The notes: generated from the letters alone by a model not told the origin. A stretch of DNA of 64,000 nt from an uncultured Polaribacter sp. (GCF_947503855.1 NZ_CANNFF010000011.1:71038-135037), one strand, 5' to 3'. Counted from the first letter of the stretch, positions 45,458-55,051 are shown. Translations and numbers: made by a program.

Positions 45458-48400
45458 TTATCTAATTTCTAAATTTTCTAAACTTTTAGAACCTTTTATC
45501 CACATCTTTAATTGTGTAATTAAGTAGAATAAAATTGGTACTACAACCAATGTTAAAAAAGTTGCTACAAATAAACCATAAATAACTGTCCAGGCTAAAG
45601 GACCCCAGAAAATTACATTATCTCCACCCATATAAATGTTAGCATCAAACTCATTAAACAATGTAAAGAAGTTGATGTTTAAGCCAATTGCTAACGGAAT
45701 TAACCCTAAAATAGTAGTAATTGCTGTTAATAATACCGGACGTAAACGAGCCTTTCCTGCTTTTACCACAGCTTCAAAAAGATATTCTTTAGGTAAATAC
45801 GCTGTATCTTCTAAATCTAGTTCTTCCTTTTTTCTGTCGATTAATAATTGGGTGTAATCAAGTAGAACAACTCCGTTATTTACTACAATTCCTGCAAGCG
45901 AAATTATCCCCATCATGGTCATCATAATAACAAAAGAACTCCCTGTAATTACAATACCTCCAAAAACACCAATAAAGCTTAAGAAAATAGCAATCATAAT
46001 AATGGCAGGTTTAGAAACTGAGTTAAACTGAAAAATCAAAATAAAGAAAATTAACGCCAAACCTTTAAAGAAAGCACCCATTAAGAAGGCTTGTTGTTTG
46101 TTTTGTTCTTCTATTTGACCTGTATAATCAATACGAATGCTGGCTGGTTTTTCAGTAAAGTTTTTCATTTCTTCTTTAATCTGATTTACCACAGCTGCAG
46201 CATCTACATAACCAGGAGCTAATTGAGAATATACTGTAACAACACGTTTGGTGTCTTTGTGTTTTATCGCACTAAAACCAGAACTATTAGATTGTTTTGC
46301 AATTGCAGAAATAGGAACTGCTTTTACTTGCCCAGTATTGTCTCTAAACGTAATTGTTTGGTTAAATAATGCACTTTTGTTATATCTAATATCTTCATTA
46401 AAACGAACGTTGATGTCGTAATCATCTCCATCTTCTTTATAAATTCCCGCTTTTGCTCCAAAAATAGAGTTTCTTAATTGTTGGCCAACTTGTCCTGTGG
46501 CTACCCCTAATTCACCCGCTTTTTTTCGATCAACTTCTACTTTCATAGAAGGTTTGTCTTTGTTTACATCTATCTTTAGCTCATCAACACCAGGAACGTT
46601 TTTAGAGTTTACAAAAGCACGCATTTTTTCTGCAGTGGCTATTAATTCTTCATAATCTTTTCCTTCTAATTCGATATTTATAGGCGCTCCAGCAGGTGGT
46701 CCATTCGCATCTTTTTCAACAGAAATTAAGACTCCTGGGTAAATTCCTGTTAGGGCTTCTTGTACTTTTTGACGTAATTTTTCACTATCTAAACCACGTC
46801 TGTATTTATACTGACGCATAGAGGCTGTAATTTTACCTTTATGTGGCATTTCTGCAGCAGAACCACCATCTGTTTGCGGATTTCCAGCACCTTCACCCAC
46901 TTGAGAAACAGCACTTTCTACCATGAAGTTTTTACCATTATCCATATACATCTCTTGGTTTAAGATGCCATACACACGTTGCTCAATTTCTTTGGTAATT
47001 TTATTGGTTTCGTCAATATCTGTTCCTTGTGGATATTCGATATATACCACAACTTGATTGGGTTTGTTGTCTGGGAAAAACTCTATTTTTGTTCTTTGTG
47101 ATGCAACAGATGCACCAAAGCCTCCAAAAGCTGCAAATAATAAGATAAAAGTACCTACTGTAATTGCAATTGGTTTCCATCCACTTAAAGCCGCTTTTAA
47201 TGTTTTTTCATAAGTGTTTTCTAACCAAACCAATGTGTTTTTTTGAAAATAATTAGCGGCTTTTCTTAAGAATAATCTGTACACCCACAACATAATTGCA
47301 GTAAATACCATAACAGAGCCTAAACCTCTATACTCGCCTCCTACTAGTAAAATTACAATACCAAACAACCCTACAATTGCAGAAATGGTAATGATTCTTT
47401 TGATGGGCATATCTTTATCTTCGGTGGTCATAAACTGAGAAACCAAAACAGAATTAAAGAAAATAGCCACTACTAAAGAAGAACCTAAAACTACAGATAA
47501 TGTAATTGGGAAATAAATCATAAACTGCCCAAAAAGCCCAGGCCATAAACCTAAAGGTACAAAGGCTGCAACTGTAGTTACAGTAGAAATTATAATAGGA
47601 AACGCAATTTCTCCAATCCCTTTTTTGGCTGCTTCGATTCTAGATAAACCTTCTTCATCCATTAAGCGATATACGTTTTCTACCACTACAATTCCGTTAT
47701 CAACCAACATTCCAAGTCCCATAATTAGTCCAAACAGAATCATGGTATTTAGGGTATAACCAATGGCGCCTAAAATCATTAAAGACATAAACATAGACAT
47801 TGGAATAGCAAAACCAACAAATAGGGCGTTTTTAAATCCTAAAAAGAACATTAAAACAGTAACTACTAAGATAATTCCGAAAATAATATTGTTCACCAAA
47901 TCATCTACTTGACCAATGGTTTTGTCAGATAAATCGTTGGTAATGCTTACTTCTAAATTCTTTGGAAAATACTCGTCTTTGGCTTTATCGACAATGATTT
48001 TTATTTCATCTGCAGCAGCAACCATGTTTTTTCCAGCACGTTTTTTTACATCTAACATAACCACTAGTTTACCATCTTTTCTAGCAAATGTGGTTTTGTC
48101 TTTTTCTTTAAAACTTATGGTTGCAACATCTTTTAAGTAGATAGAATTCCCTTTTTCAGACTTAATTACAAAGTTTTTTAAGTCTGATGGTTTTTCGATT
48201 TCTCCTAAAATTCTTATGGTTCTTCTTTGCCCACTTGCAATTAAATTACCAGCAGAAGAGGTAATGTTTCCATTCTGGATAGCACCTACAATATCGTTAA
48301 AGCTTACTTGCATAGCCATCATTTTATAAATGTCTACAGCCACTTCAACCTCTCTGTCTTGCACACCTCTTATGTCTGCTTGTTTTACTTCATTTAAATC

Positions 48401-48940
48401 TTCAATTTCATCTTGTAAATATTCTGCAAACTCTTTTAGTTTTTGCAGTGGATAATCACCAGAAATATTAATATTTAAAAAAGGAATCTCTTCTGACATA
48501 CTTAAATCAAAAGCATTTGGGTCTACTTTTGCACCATTAAACGTAGGCCAATCTTCAGATGCTTTTTCGGTATCTAATTTGTCTTTTACCCGTTGTTTGG
48601 CAACTTCTACATCCATGTCATCATCAAATTCTACAATAATCATAGAATAATCTTCTTGAGAAGTTGAGGTAATTTCTACAACACCACTCAACCCTTTTAA
48701 TTGGTCTTCTAGCGGATCTGTAATTAGTTTTTCTATATCTTCTGCAGTGTTTCCAGGATAGAGAGTGCTAATGTATATTTTGGTTTCTTTAATCTCAGGG
48801 AAATCTTCTCGAGGCATACTAAAATATGCAGAAATACCTAAAATTAGAATCAAGAAAATAGCAACATACATCGTGGTTTTATTTGATATGGCCCACGAGG
48901 ATAGTTTAAATTCCTTGTCAGTTTTTTTGATTTTAGTCAT
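45458..48940 (-). CDS. RND efflux transporter permease (AcrB/HAE family)
   Basis: 1160 aa, 12-TM / two large periplasmic loop layout. AcrB-like N-terminus SSWAISNKTTMYVAIFLILILG. Confidence 0.93.
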   Translation of the reverse strand: MTKIKKTDKEFKLSSWAISNKTTMYVAIFLILILGISAYFSMPREDFPEIKETKIYISTLYPGNTAEDIEKLITDPLEDQLKGLSGVVEITSTSQEDYSMIIVEFDDDMDVEVAKQRVKDKLDTEKASEDWPTFNGAKVDPNAFDLSMSEEIPFLNINISGDYPLQKLKEFAEYLQDEIEDLNEVKQADIRGVQDREVEVAVDIYKMMAMQVSFNDIVGAIQNGNITSSAGNLIASGQRRTIRILGEIEKPSDLKNFVIKSEKGNSIYLKDVATISFKEKDKTTFARKDGKLVVMLDVKKRAGKNMVAAADEIKIIVDKAKDEYFPKNLEVSITNDLSDKTIGQVDDLVNNIIFGIILVVTVLMFFLGFKNALFVGFAIPMSMFMSLMILGAIGYTLNTMILFGLIMGLGMLVDNGIVVVENVYRLMDEEGLSRIEAAKKGIGEIAFPIIISTVTTVAAFVPLGLWPGLFGQFMIYFPITLSVVLGSSLVVAIFFNSVLVSQFMTTEDKDMPIKRIITISAIVGLFGIVILLVGGEYRGLGSVMVFTAIMLWVYRLFLRKAANYFQKNTLVWLENTYEKTLKAALSGWKPIAITVGTFILLFAAFGGFGASVASQRTKIEFFPDNKPNQVVVYIEYPQGTDIDETNKITKEIEQRVYGILNQEMYMDNGKNFMVESAVSQVGEGAGNPQTDGGSAAEMPHKGKITASMRQYKYRRGLDSEKLRQKVQEALTGIYPGVLISVEKDANGPPAGAPINIELEGKDYEELIATAEKMRAFVNSKNVPGVDELKIDVNKDKPSMKVEVDRKKAGELGVATGQVGQQLRNSIFGAKAGIYKEDGDDYDINVRFNEDIRYNKSALFNQTITFRDNTGQVKAVPISAIAKQSNSSGFSAIKHKDTKRVVTVYSQLAPGYVDAAAVVNQIKEEMKNFTEKPASIRIDYTGQIEEQNKQQAFLMGAFFKGLALIFFILIFQFNSVSKPAIIMIAIFLSFIGVFGGIVITGSSFVIMMTMMGIISLAGIVVNNGVVLLDYTQLLIDRKKEELDLEDTAYLPKEYLFEAVVKAGKARLRPVLLTAITTILGLIPLAIGLNINFFTLFNEFDANIYMGGDNVIFWGPLAWTVIYGLFVATFLTLVVVPILFYLITQLKMWIKGSKSLENLEIR

Positions 48941-48960
48941 TAGTCTGTGGTCTTTAGACG

Positions 48961-49332
48961 TTAGTCTTTGGTTAGGTTTAAATATTTTAATAAAGCTGTA
49001 ATCATTTTTGATAATTCAGCTAATTTTTCTCTTAATATCAAGCTTTCATTTTTTGTAATGAAATTTTGATTATTGACAATAGTTACACATACAACACATT
49101 CTTTAATTGAGCCTAAAGAGATTTTAAAAAACCTGCTAAATTGTGGGTTTGTATCTCCAGATTCTTCAGCTATATTTAAAGATATTGATGTTGCTGCTCT
49201 TATAAATTGAGAAGTTAATCTATAGTTTTCTTCTGATAGAAATTGTTTTGTAGTATTGTAAACTGTATCAACAAAATCAAGAGATTTTTGATAAACTTTT
49301 AAATCTTCAAATTTGAATTTTATTGTTTTCAT
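48961..49332 (-). CDS. Four-helix-bundle protein (23S rRNA intervening-sequence protein / Avd-like family)
   Basis: 123 aa. F.DL.VYQKSLDFVD.VY and SI.LNIAE motifs typical of this family. Wedged between the MFP and RND genes with 25-nt and 20-nt spacers. Confidence 0.8.
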   Translation of the reverse strand: MKTIKFKFEDLKVYQKSLDFVDTVYNTTKQFLSEENYRLTSQFIRAATSISLNIAEESGDTNPQFSRFFKISLGSIKECVVCVTIVNNQNFITKNESLILREKLAELSKMITALLKYLNLTKD

Positions 49333-49357
49333 AATTCTACAATCTACAGTCTAAAAA

Positions 49358-50524
49358 CTACTGACTAATCTTAACTTCTTGCCCGTCTTTAACGGTTCTA
49401 GCTCCAGCTTCAATTAATTGGTCTCCAACTGAAATACCCTCTAAAATTTCGATAATATCTCCTTGTGTTTTTCCTGTTTTAACAACGGTTTGCATAGCAG
49501 TACCAATATTGTTTTTAATATTTTTTACTACGTATACATACTGTTTGCCTTCAGCATTTTCTGATATAATACTTTGTGGAATTAAAATAGCTTTTGGACT
49601 CGTGTAATCGTTAATTTTTAACTTTGCTGTTAAGTTTGGTTTAATACTTCTATCTTGGTTAGGTACTCCAATTTCTACTTTGAAAGTACGATTTGATGGA
49701 TTGATAAAATTACCAGTTTGACGCACTTTAGTTTCTATAGTTTTGCCTAAAACAGGAAATTGAATTTCTACATCTTTCCCTTTGGTAATATTGGTGATAT
49801 AGGTTTCTGGCACATCTGCCTCTATATACATGTTGCTAAGATTTACAATTCTAAATATTGCTGAACCTGGACCAGGAGAAACTACGTTACCTTGGTTTTT
49901 GATAACTTCATCAATAATACCAGAAAATGGAGCTCTAATGGTAGATTTATCCAATTGTTTTTTTAACTGAGCTAACGTGTTTTTTTGCGCTTCGTAGTTG
50001 GTTTTAGTTTGTAAAAACTGAATTTCTGAACCAATTTTCTGTCCCCATAATCTTTTCTGACGTTCGTAGGTTGTTTTAGCGAGTGCAGTTGTGGCCTCTA
50101 ACTGAGCTACTTGTTGTGCCATACCACCATCATCAATTTTAGCTAAAATTTGTCCTTTTGCTACTTTTTGTCCTTCTTTAACCAAAACCTTTTCTAAGGT
50201 ACCTGGCATTTCTGGGTAGATTAACACATTTTGTTTTGTTTTTACATTTCCTTGTAATTCTAAAAAATGTGTAAAAACTTCATTTTTAATTGAGAAAGCA
50301 GTTACCAAAGGAGTTTTTTTTATAGTATCTAATTTTTCAATTTCTTTGTTAATTTTCTTGATTTTTTGAGAAATATCTGCTAATTGTTTGTCTAACTCAG
50401 ATTTTTTATTTCTAATTTCTTTTAAATTTTTTGTAGCGATAACATCATCTAAAGATTGTTCTTTTTTCTCTCCACAAGAAGCTAAAATAAGTGTAGTTAA
50501 AAGTGCTAAATATATTTTTTTCAT
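49358..50524 (-). CDS. RND efflux periplasmic adaptor (membrane fusion protein), lipoprotein
   Basis: Lipobox LASCGEK, coiled-coil hairpin, lipoyl/beta-barrel regions (GQILAKIDD). Confidence 0.9.
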   Translation of the reverse strand: MKKIYLALLTTLILASCGEKKEQSLDDVIATKNLKEIRNKKSELDKQLADISQKIKKINKEIEKLDTIKKTPLVTAFSIKNEVFTHFLELQGNVKTKQNVLIYPEMPGTLEKVLVKEGQKVAKGQILAKIDDGGMAQQVAQLEATTALAKTTYERQKRLWGQKIGSEIQFLQTKTNYEAQKNTLAQLKKQLDKSTIRAPFSGIIDEVIKNQGNVVSPGPGSAIFRIVNLSNMYIEADVPETYITNITKGKDVEIQFPVLGKTIETKVRQTGNFINPSNRTFKVEIGVPNQDRSIKPNLTAKLKINDYTSPKAILIPQSIISENAEGKQYVYVVKNIKNNIGTAMQTVVKTGKTQGDIIEILEGISVGDQLIEAGARTVKDGQEVKISQ

Positions 50525-50532
50525 GATTTTTT

Positions 50533-51867
50533 TTATTTTGTGATTGGTAAGTTTAAGGCGTTTTCTAAGGTTGCTTTTTTAGCAATAACATCTAACATAG
50601 ATTGAATGTAATTTTGCTGTTGTGTATATAGTTGGTTTTGTGCTTGAAGTAAATCGAAACTAGTAGAAATACCTTCAAAAAACTTAATACGTTGTTTCTT
50701 TTCTATGCGTTCTGCTAAACCCACATTTTTCTTTGCAGTATTGTAGTTTTCAATACTTAGTTGGTAATCGTTTTTCGCTTTTTTAGCTTGTAAACTCAAT
50801 CTTTGTTTGGTTTCCTCTAAACGTAAATCTGCAGTTTCTAAAGCTATTTTAGCTTGAGCCGTTTTTGCGGTTCTACCCAAACTACTAAAAATAGGTATGT
50901 TTAAACTAACACCAAATAATGATGATTGAAACCATCGTTGTTCACTAGTAAAAAAAGTAAACGAGTTAGAAAAACCTTGGGTACCATAATTCATGAAAGC
51001 ATTTAAACTTGGCAACGCTTTGCTTTGTTCTAACTTTACCATTAATCTCTTAGTTTCTCTATCGTTCTCTGCAATTTTAAAGTCTATATGATTATTAAAG
51101 TTAAACTCTTGAGCTATTAGATCTAAATTTATATTAGTTTCTGTTAAAGAGTCTAGCGTATCTGTTAATATAAGTTTTGTGTTTATAGGATTTCCTATAG
51201 AAAGATTTAACATTTGATATGCAATTTCTTTCATTCTAATAACATTGTTTAACTGATTTTTTAAATTACCCAAAGTAATTTCTAATTGCTCTACATCTTC
51301 TTCTTCATTCAATCCGTTTTCATAAATCTTTTTAGCATCATTATAATTCTTCTGAAGAATTTTTATGTTTCCTTGTAAAATAGCAATACTATTTTCTGTT
51401 ACTAAAACATTTCCGTAAGCATTTACAACTGCTTCTCTGGTTAAGAGCTCTGTTTTTTCTTGTGCCTGATTAGAAATTTTTAAATATGTTTTAGAGGCTT
51501 GCAAACCTACTAAATAGGAGCCATCAAATAGTAATTGTGTTAGCGTAACAGAAGCATTTATATTTTGTTTTGTTCCAAAAACAAACTCTTCATCTACACC
51601 ATCTCCATTAATGTCTGCAACAGAAATAGGTTGTTTTAAAAAATTTTGATAATCTACATTAGCATTAAGTTGCGGCAATCCAATGGTAGTAGTTTCCCAA
51701 ACTTTTTCTTTGGCAGAATTGATATCGTTTCTAGCGGCTTTTGTGTTGTAGCTATGCTCTAGAGCGTATGCAATAGCTTCATCTAGAGAGAGACTCATTT
51801 CCTTTTCTTGTGCATTAAAAGCGGTAAGCAAAAAGAAAGTACATATAGCCAATATTGTTTTTTTCAT
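50533..51867 (-). CDS. TolC-family outer-membrane efflux protein
   Basis: Signal peptide. Two OEP repeats with long helical segments. About 444 aa. Confidence 0.9.
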   Translation of the reverse strand: MKKTILAICTFFLLTAFNAQEKEMSLSLDEAIAYALEHSYNTKAARNDINSAKEKVWETTTIGLPQLNANVDYQNFLKQPISVADINGDGVDEEFVFGTKQNINASVTLTQLLFDGSYLVGLQASKTYLKISNQAQEKTELLTREAVVNAYGNVLVTENSIAILQGNIKILQKNYNDAKKIYENGLNEEEDVEQLEITLGNLKNQLNNVIRMKEIAYQMLNLSIGNPINTKLILTDTLDSLTETNINLDLIAQEFNFNNHIDFKIAENDRETKRLMVKLEQSKALPSLNAFMNYGTQGFSNSFTFFTSEQRWFQSSLFGVSLNIPIFSSLGRTAKTAQAKIALETADLRLEETKQRLSLQAKKAKNDYQLSIENYNTAKKNVGLAERIEKKQRIKFFEGISTSFDLLQAQNQLYTQQQNYIQSMLDVIAKKATLENALNLPITK

Positions 51868-51871
51868 TTGG

Positions 51872-52474
51872 TTATTGTTTCTGTGTTAATTGATTTTGTA
51901 GTTCTTGTAATCCTTTTTCTGTAGCAATGCCACTAATATGATATTCTAAATAGTTGTTCATAAGCTCATTCATAGAAAAGTTGGTTAACGGAAAAATCTC
52001 TTGATCTTTAATGGCAATCATTCCATAAAAATAAATTCTAGAAATAAACTCTACATTAATACTTTCTCTAAAAAGTTCTAATCCTATACCTCTTAAAAGA
52101 TTCTCTTTAATTGTCTTTTGCATAACATGAAATTGTTTTTGCTTTAAAGAGGCATAAATTTTAGGGTAATATTTTTGCAGCTGGTATTGTGGAGATGATT
52201 TTTCGTCTTTAAGATGTTTCATTACCATCCTTTTAATAGAAAAAATTTCTTCAATTGGATTTAGTTTTTGCCCACAAACATCATCAATACCACAACAAAT
52301 AGCAGTAAACATATAGTCTGTAACACCCGCAACTAAATCAGTTTTGTTTTTAAAGTACTTATAGATGGTTTTTTTAGAAACTCCCAAATTACTCGCAATT
52401 TCATCCATAGTAACACTCTTAAACCCTAGGTTTAAAAATAAGTCTTTAGATATGTCTAATATTTTTTCTCTCAT
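51872..52474 (-). CDS. TetR/AcrR-family transcriptional regulator
   Basis: HTH ILDISKDLFLNLGFKSVTMDEIASNLGVSKKTIYKYF. I prefer the ATG at 52474 (MREKILD...) over the track start at 52528. Confidence 0.88.
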   Translation of the reverse strand: MREKILDISKDLFLNLGFKSVTMDEIASNLGVSKKTIYKYFKNKTDLVAGVTDYMFTAICCGIDDVCGQKLNPIEEIFSIKRMVMKHLKDEKSSPQYQLQKYYPKIYASLKQKQFHVMQKTIKENLLRGIGLELFRESINVEFISRIYFYGMIAIKDQEIFPLTNFSMNELMNNYLEYHISGIATEKGLQELQNQLTQKQ

Positions 52475-52550
52475 AAGTAAAGACGCAAATCTACAAAAGG
52501 AAACTTTAGAAACAAAAAAAGTTTCCAAAGTTTTAAATATTTTTTAACAT

Positions 52551-53573
52551 TTGAATTATTTATTGAAAATTCTTTACATTATTTTTACAAAAAAATACAA
52601 TTTGGACATTTTACATTATCAAAAAGAATTTCTAAGCTACTTAGAATCTAAAAAATGGGTGAGAGAACCTAAAAATCTTTACGAGCCAATAGATTATATT
52701 TTACAATTAGGAGGTAAAAGAATAAGACCTGTACTTACTTTAATGGCTGCAGATATTTTTTCTGGTGATTTTAAAAAAGCTTTGCCAGCAGCTTTGGCTG
52801 TTGAAGTTTTTCATAATTTTACGTTGGTTCATGATGATATTATGGATGCTGCACCTTTAAGAAGAGGGCAAAAAACAGTACACGAAAAATGGAATATTAA
52901 TACAGGAATTCTTTCTGGGGATGCGATGTTGATTTTGGCCTATCAATATTTTGAAAATTACGATGCAGATGTTTTTCAAAAATTAGCAAAATTATTTAGC
53001 AAAACTGCTTTAGAGGTTTGTGATGGACAACAGCTAGATGTAGATTTTGAAACAAGAACAGACGTAACCATAGCCCAGTATGTTAATATGATTTGCTTAA
53101 AAACTTCTGTTTTAGTAGCAGCAGCCCTAAAAATGGGTGCAATAGTTGCAAAAACATCCGAAGAAAATGCTAATTTAATTTACGATTTTGGTTTAAATCT
53201 AGGGTTGGCATTTCAATTACAAGACGATTTTTTAGACACCTTTGGAGATCCAAAAACCTTTGGAAAACAAGTGGGAGGAGATATTATAGAGAACAAAAAA
53301 ACATACCTGTATTTAAAGGCTTTAGAAGTAGCAAATGAAAACGATGGCGGGAAACTAAAATACTTGTACAGAAAAAAATTAAAAGAAAATACTATTAAGA
53401 TTGCAGATGTTAGAAGAATTTTTGAACGGAATGATATTCCTAGCCTTATTAAGCAAGAAATAGAGAGGTATACAGAAAAAGCTTTTGAAACTTTAACTAA
53501 AATGGATATTAAAGATGCTGATAAAGAGCGCTTAAAAAGTTTTGGTTTGTGGTTAATGAAAAGAACCGTTTAA
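52551..53573 (+). CDS. Polyprenyl diphosphate synthase (FPP/GGPP synthase family)
   Basis: First and second Asp-rich motifs LVHDDIMD and FQLQDDFLD. Start uncertain: TTG at 52551 or TTG at 52602, with no early ATG. Confidence 0.88.
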   Translation: MNYLLKILYIIFTKKYNLDILHYQKEFLSYLESKKWVREPKNLYEPIDYILQLGGKRIRPVLTLMAADIFSGDFKKALPAALAVEVFHNFTLVHDDIMDAAPLRRGQKTVHEKWNINTGILSGDAMLILAYQYFENYDADVFQKLAKLFSKTALEVCDGQQLDVDFETRTDVTIAQYVNMICLKTSVLVAAALKMGAIVAKTSEENANLIYDFGLNLGLAFQLQDDFLDTFGDPKTFGKQVGGDIIENKKTYLYLKALEVANENDGGKLKYLYRKKLKENTIKIADVRRIFERNDIPSLIKQEIERYTEKAFETLTKMDIKDADKERLKSFGLWLMKRTV

Positions 53574-53611
53574 GTTTTTTATTTTTTATTGTAAGATTTT
53601 AAAATAAATAG

Positions 53612-53619
53612 TACATTTG
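53612..53619 (+). promoter_or_regulatory. -7 promoter element TACATTTG upstream of the tRNA
   Basis: Matches TAnnTTTG, followed by CACCC as at rplU. Lies 15 nt before the tRNA 5' end. Confidence 0.6.
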
Positions 53620-53633
53620 CACCCAATAATTTT

Positions 53634-53707
53634 GGTCCCATAGCTCAGTTGGTTAGAGCACCTGACTCATAATCAGGTGGTCCTTGGTTCGAGCCCAAGT
53701 GGGACCA
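53634..53707 (+). tRNA. tRNA with CAT anticodon (Met, or Ile2 read via lysidine)
   Basis: Hand-folded cloverleaf. Acceptor GGTCCCA/TGGGACC, D stem GCTC/GAGC, anticodon stem CCTGA/TCAGG with loop CTCATAA, T stem CTTGG/CCAAG with loop TTCGAGC. Discriminator A. No encoded CCA. Confidence 0.93.
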
Positions 53708-53708
53708 C

Positions 53709-53739
53709 AAAAACCATCCTATTTAAGGATGGTTTTTTT
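53709..53739 (+). terminator. Intrinsic terminator after the tRNA
   Basis: ACCATCCT-attta-AGGATGGT followed by TTTTTT. Confidence 0.8.
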
Positions 53740-54022
53740 GTGAATTAGGTTAATTTTAAATAACTGATATTAAGCAGTTAATTAATTATTAATTTCCTTT
53801 TTAGCTTCTATTATTCATAAATTTCCACTTCATACTTAAGACAAGTCAACGGTTATGCATTTTTAGATTTTTGTCAATATTGTCCAATATTTGTTCTTTT
53901 TATCATATTTATTTGCAAATTGAAAACATATGTGTATGATGTTAATTTTTAAATTAAGTCATATTTTGTGATTATCTTATACTCGTTGTACATCTTAAAT
54001 TGTTTTGTAGGAATTACAATTT

Positions 54023-54038
54023 ACTGTTATATAACAGT
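54023..54038. promoter_or_regulatory. Perfect 16-bp palindrome ACTGTTATATAACAGT, candidate operator upstream of the hexuronate operon
   Basis: Exact inverted repeat. Its right arm runs into CAGTTTGCAC, which is -7-box-like. Lies 155 nt upstream of the uxuB ATG. Confidence 0.4.
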
Positions 54039-54192
54039 TTGCACAACTTTTTCTAGATGCACAATGTGTTGGTTTAATTAATCTTAAAGTAATTATGATA
54101 AAAAAAGGTTGGAAACAAGGATAGTACAGGATATTTAAACTTAATTTGTTTTTTATTTTCACATTTTAAAAAAATAAGAAATCAATAAAATA

Positions 54193-55020
54193 ATGAGCAA
54201 AACAATTGTTTTAACAGGAGCAGGAGGTGTGCTTTGTAGCACACTAGCCAAAGCATTAGCTAAAGAGGGGAATAAAATTGCAGTATTAGATTTACGTAAA
54301 GAGGCAGCAAGTAAAGTTGCCCAAGAAATTATTGATGAAGGTGGAGAAGCAATTGGTGTTGCAGCCAATGTCTTAGAAAAAGAATCACTAGAAAAAGCAA
54401 AACAAACAATAAATAATGCTTTTGGTAAAGTGGATATTTTAGTAAATGGAGCAGGAGGCAATCATCCTTTAGGCACTACTTCTAATCCGTTTTTAGAAAC
54501 AGAAGATTTATTAAATAAAACAGAAGGATTTAAAACTTTTTTTGATTTAGACCCAAAAGGAATCGAATTTACATTTAACTTAAACTTTCTAGGAACGTTA
54601 ATACCAACACAGATTTTTGGTAAAGATATGGTAGGTAGAGAAGGATGTTCTGTACTAAACATTTCTTCTATGAATGCCTTTACACCGTTAACAAAAATAC
54701 CTGCTTACAGTGGTGCAAAAGCAGCTGTTTCTAATTTTACGCAATGGTTGGCAGTACATTTTTCTAAAGTAGGTATTCGCGTAAACGCTTTGGCTCCAGG
54801 TTTTTTCTTAACCGATCAAAACAGAACTTTATTAACCAATGAAGATGGAAGTTTAACACAAAGAGGTCAACAAATTATAGATCAAACTCCTATGAGTAGA
54901 TATGGAGAACCAGAAGATTTAATAGGTACAACTTTATGGTTATGTGGAGAGGGTTCTAAATTTGTAACAGGAGTTGTAGTACCCATAGATGGTGGTTTCG
55001 CAGCATATAGTGGAGTTTAA
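54193..55020 (+). CDS. uxuB: SDR-family oxidoreductase, probable D-mannonate oxidoreductase (Bacteroidetes UxuB type)
   Basis: TGAGGVLCS Rossmann motif and YSGAKAAV catalytic YxxxK. Immediately upstream of uxuA. Confidence 0.65.
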   Translation: MSKTIVLTGAGGVLCSTLAKALAKEGNKIAVLDLRKEAASKVAQEIIDEGGEAIGVAANVLEKESLEKAKQTINNAFGKVDILVNGAGGNHPLGTTSNPFLETEDLLNKTEGFKTFFDLDPKGIEFTFNLNFLGTLIPTQIFGKDMVGREGCSVLNISSMNAFTPLTKIPAYSGAKAAVSNFTQWLAVHFSKVGIRVNALAPGFFLTDQNRTLLTNEDGSLTQRGQQIIDQTPMSRYGEPEDLIGTTLWLCGEGSKFVTGVVVPIDGGFAAYSGV

Positions 55021-55051
55021 GAATTGCTAATTTTTAAAGATAAAATAAAAA

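Noticed and set aside
48940-48972. Near-identical 12-mers TTAGTCTGTGGT and TTAGTCTTTGGT, 21 nt apart, as a target-site duplication of the four-helix-bundle insert.
   Set aside because: Both copies lie at the same end of the insert, one inside its last codons and one just before the RND ATG. They do not flank it, so they cannot be a target-site duplication. This is probably chance or a local duplication.
54023-54038. ACTGTTATATAACAGT as a LexA SOS box.
   Set aside because: It is CTGT-N6-ACAG rather than the gammaproteobacterial CTGT-N8-ACAG. It sits upstream of sugar-acid catabolism genes, not DNA repair genes. recX, ssb and mutY in this window have no similar site.
53708-54192. The 450-bp AT-rich non-coding stretch downstream of the tRNA as a genomic-island or integration scar.
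   Set aside because: There is no integrase, transposase or phage gene. I saw no repeat of the tRNA 3' end, and the adjacent genes are ordinary catabolic genes. It more likely holds the promoter, operator and leader of the uronate operon.
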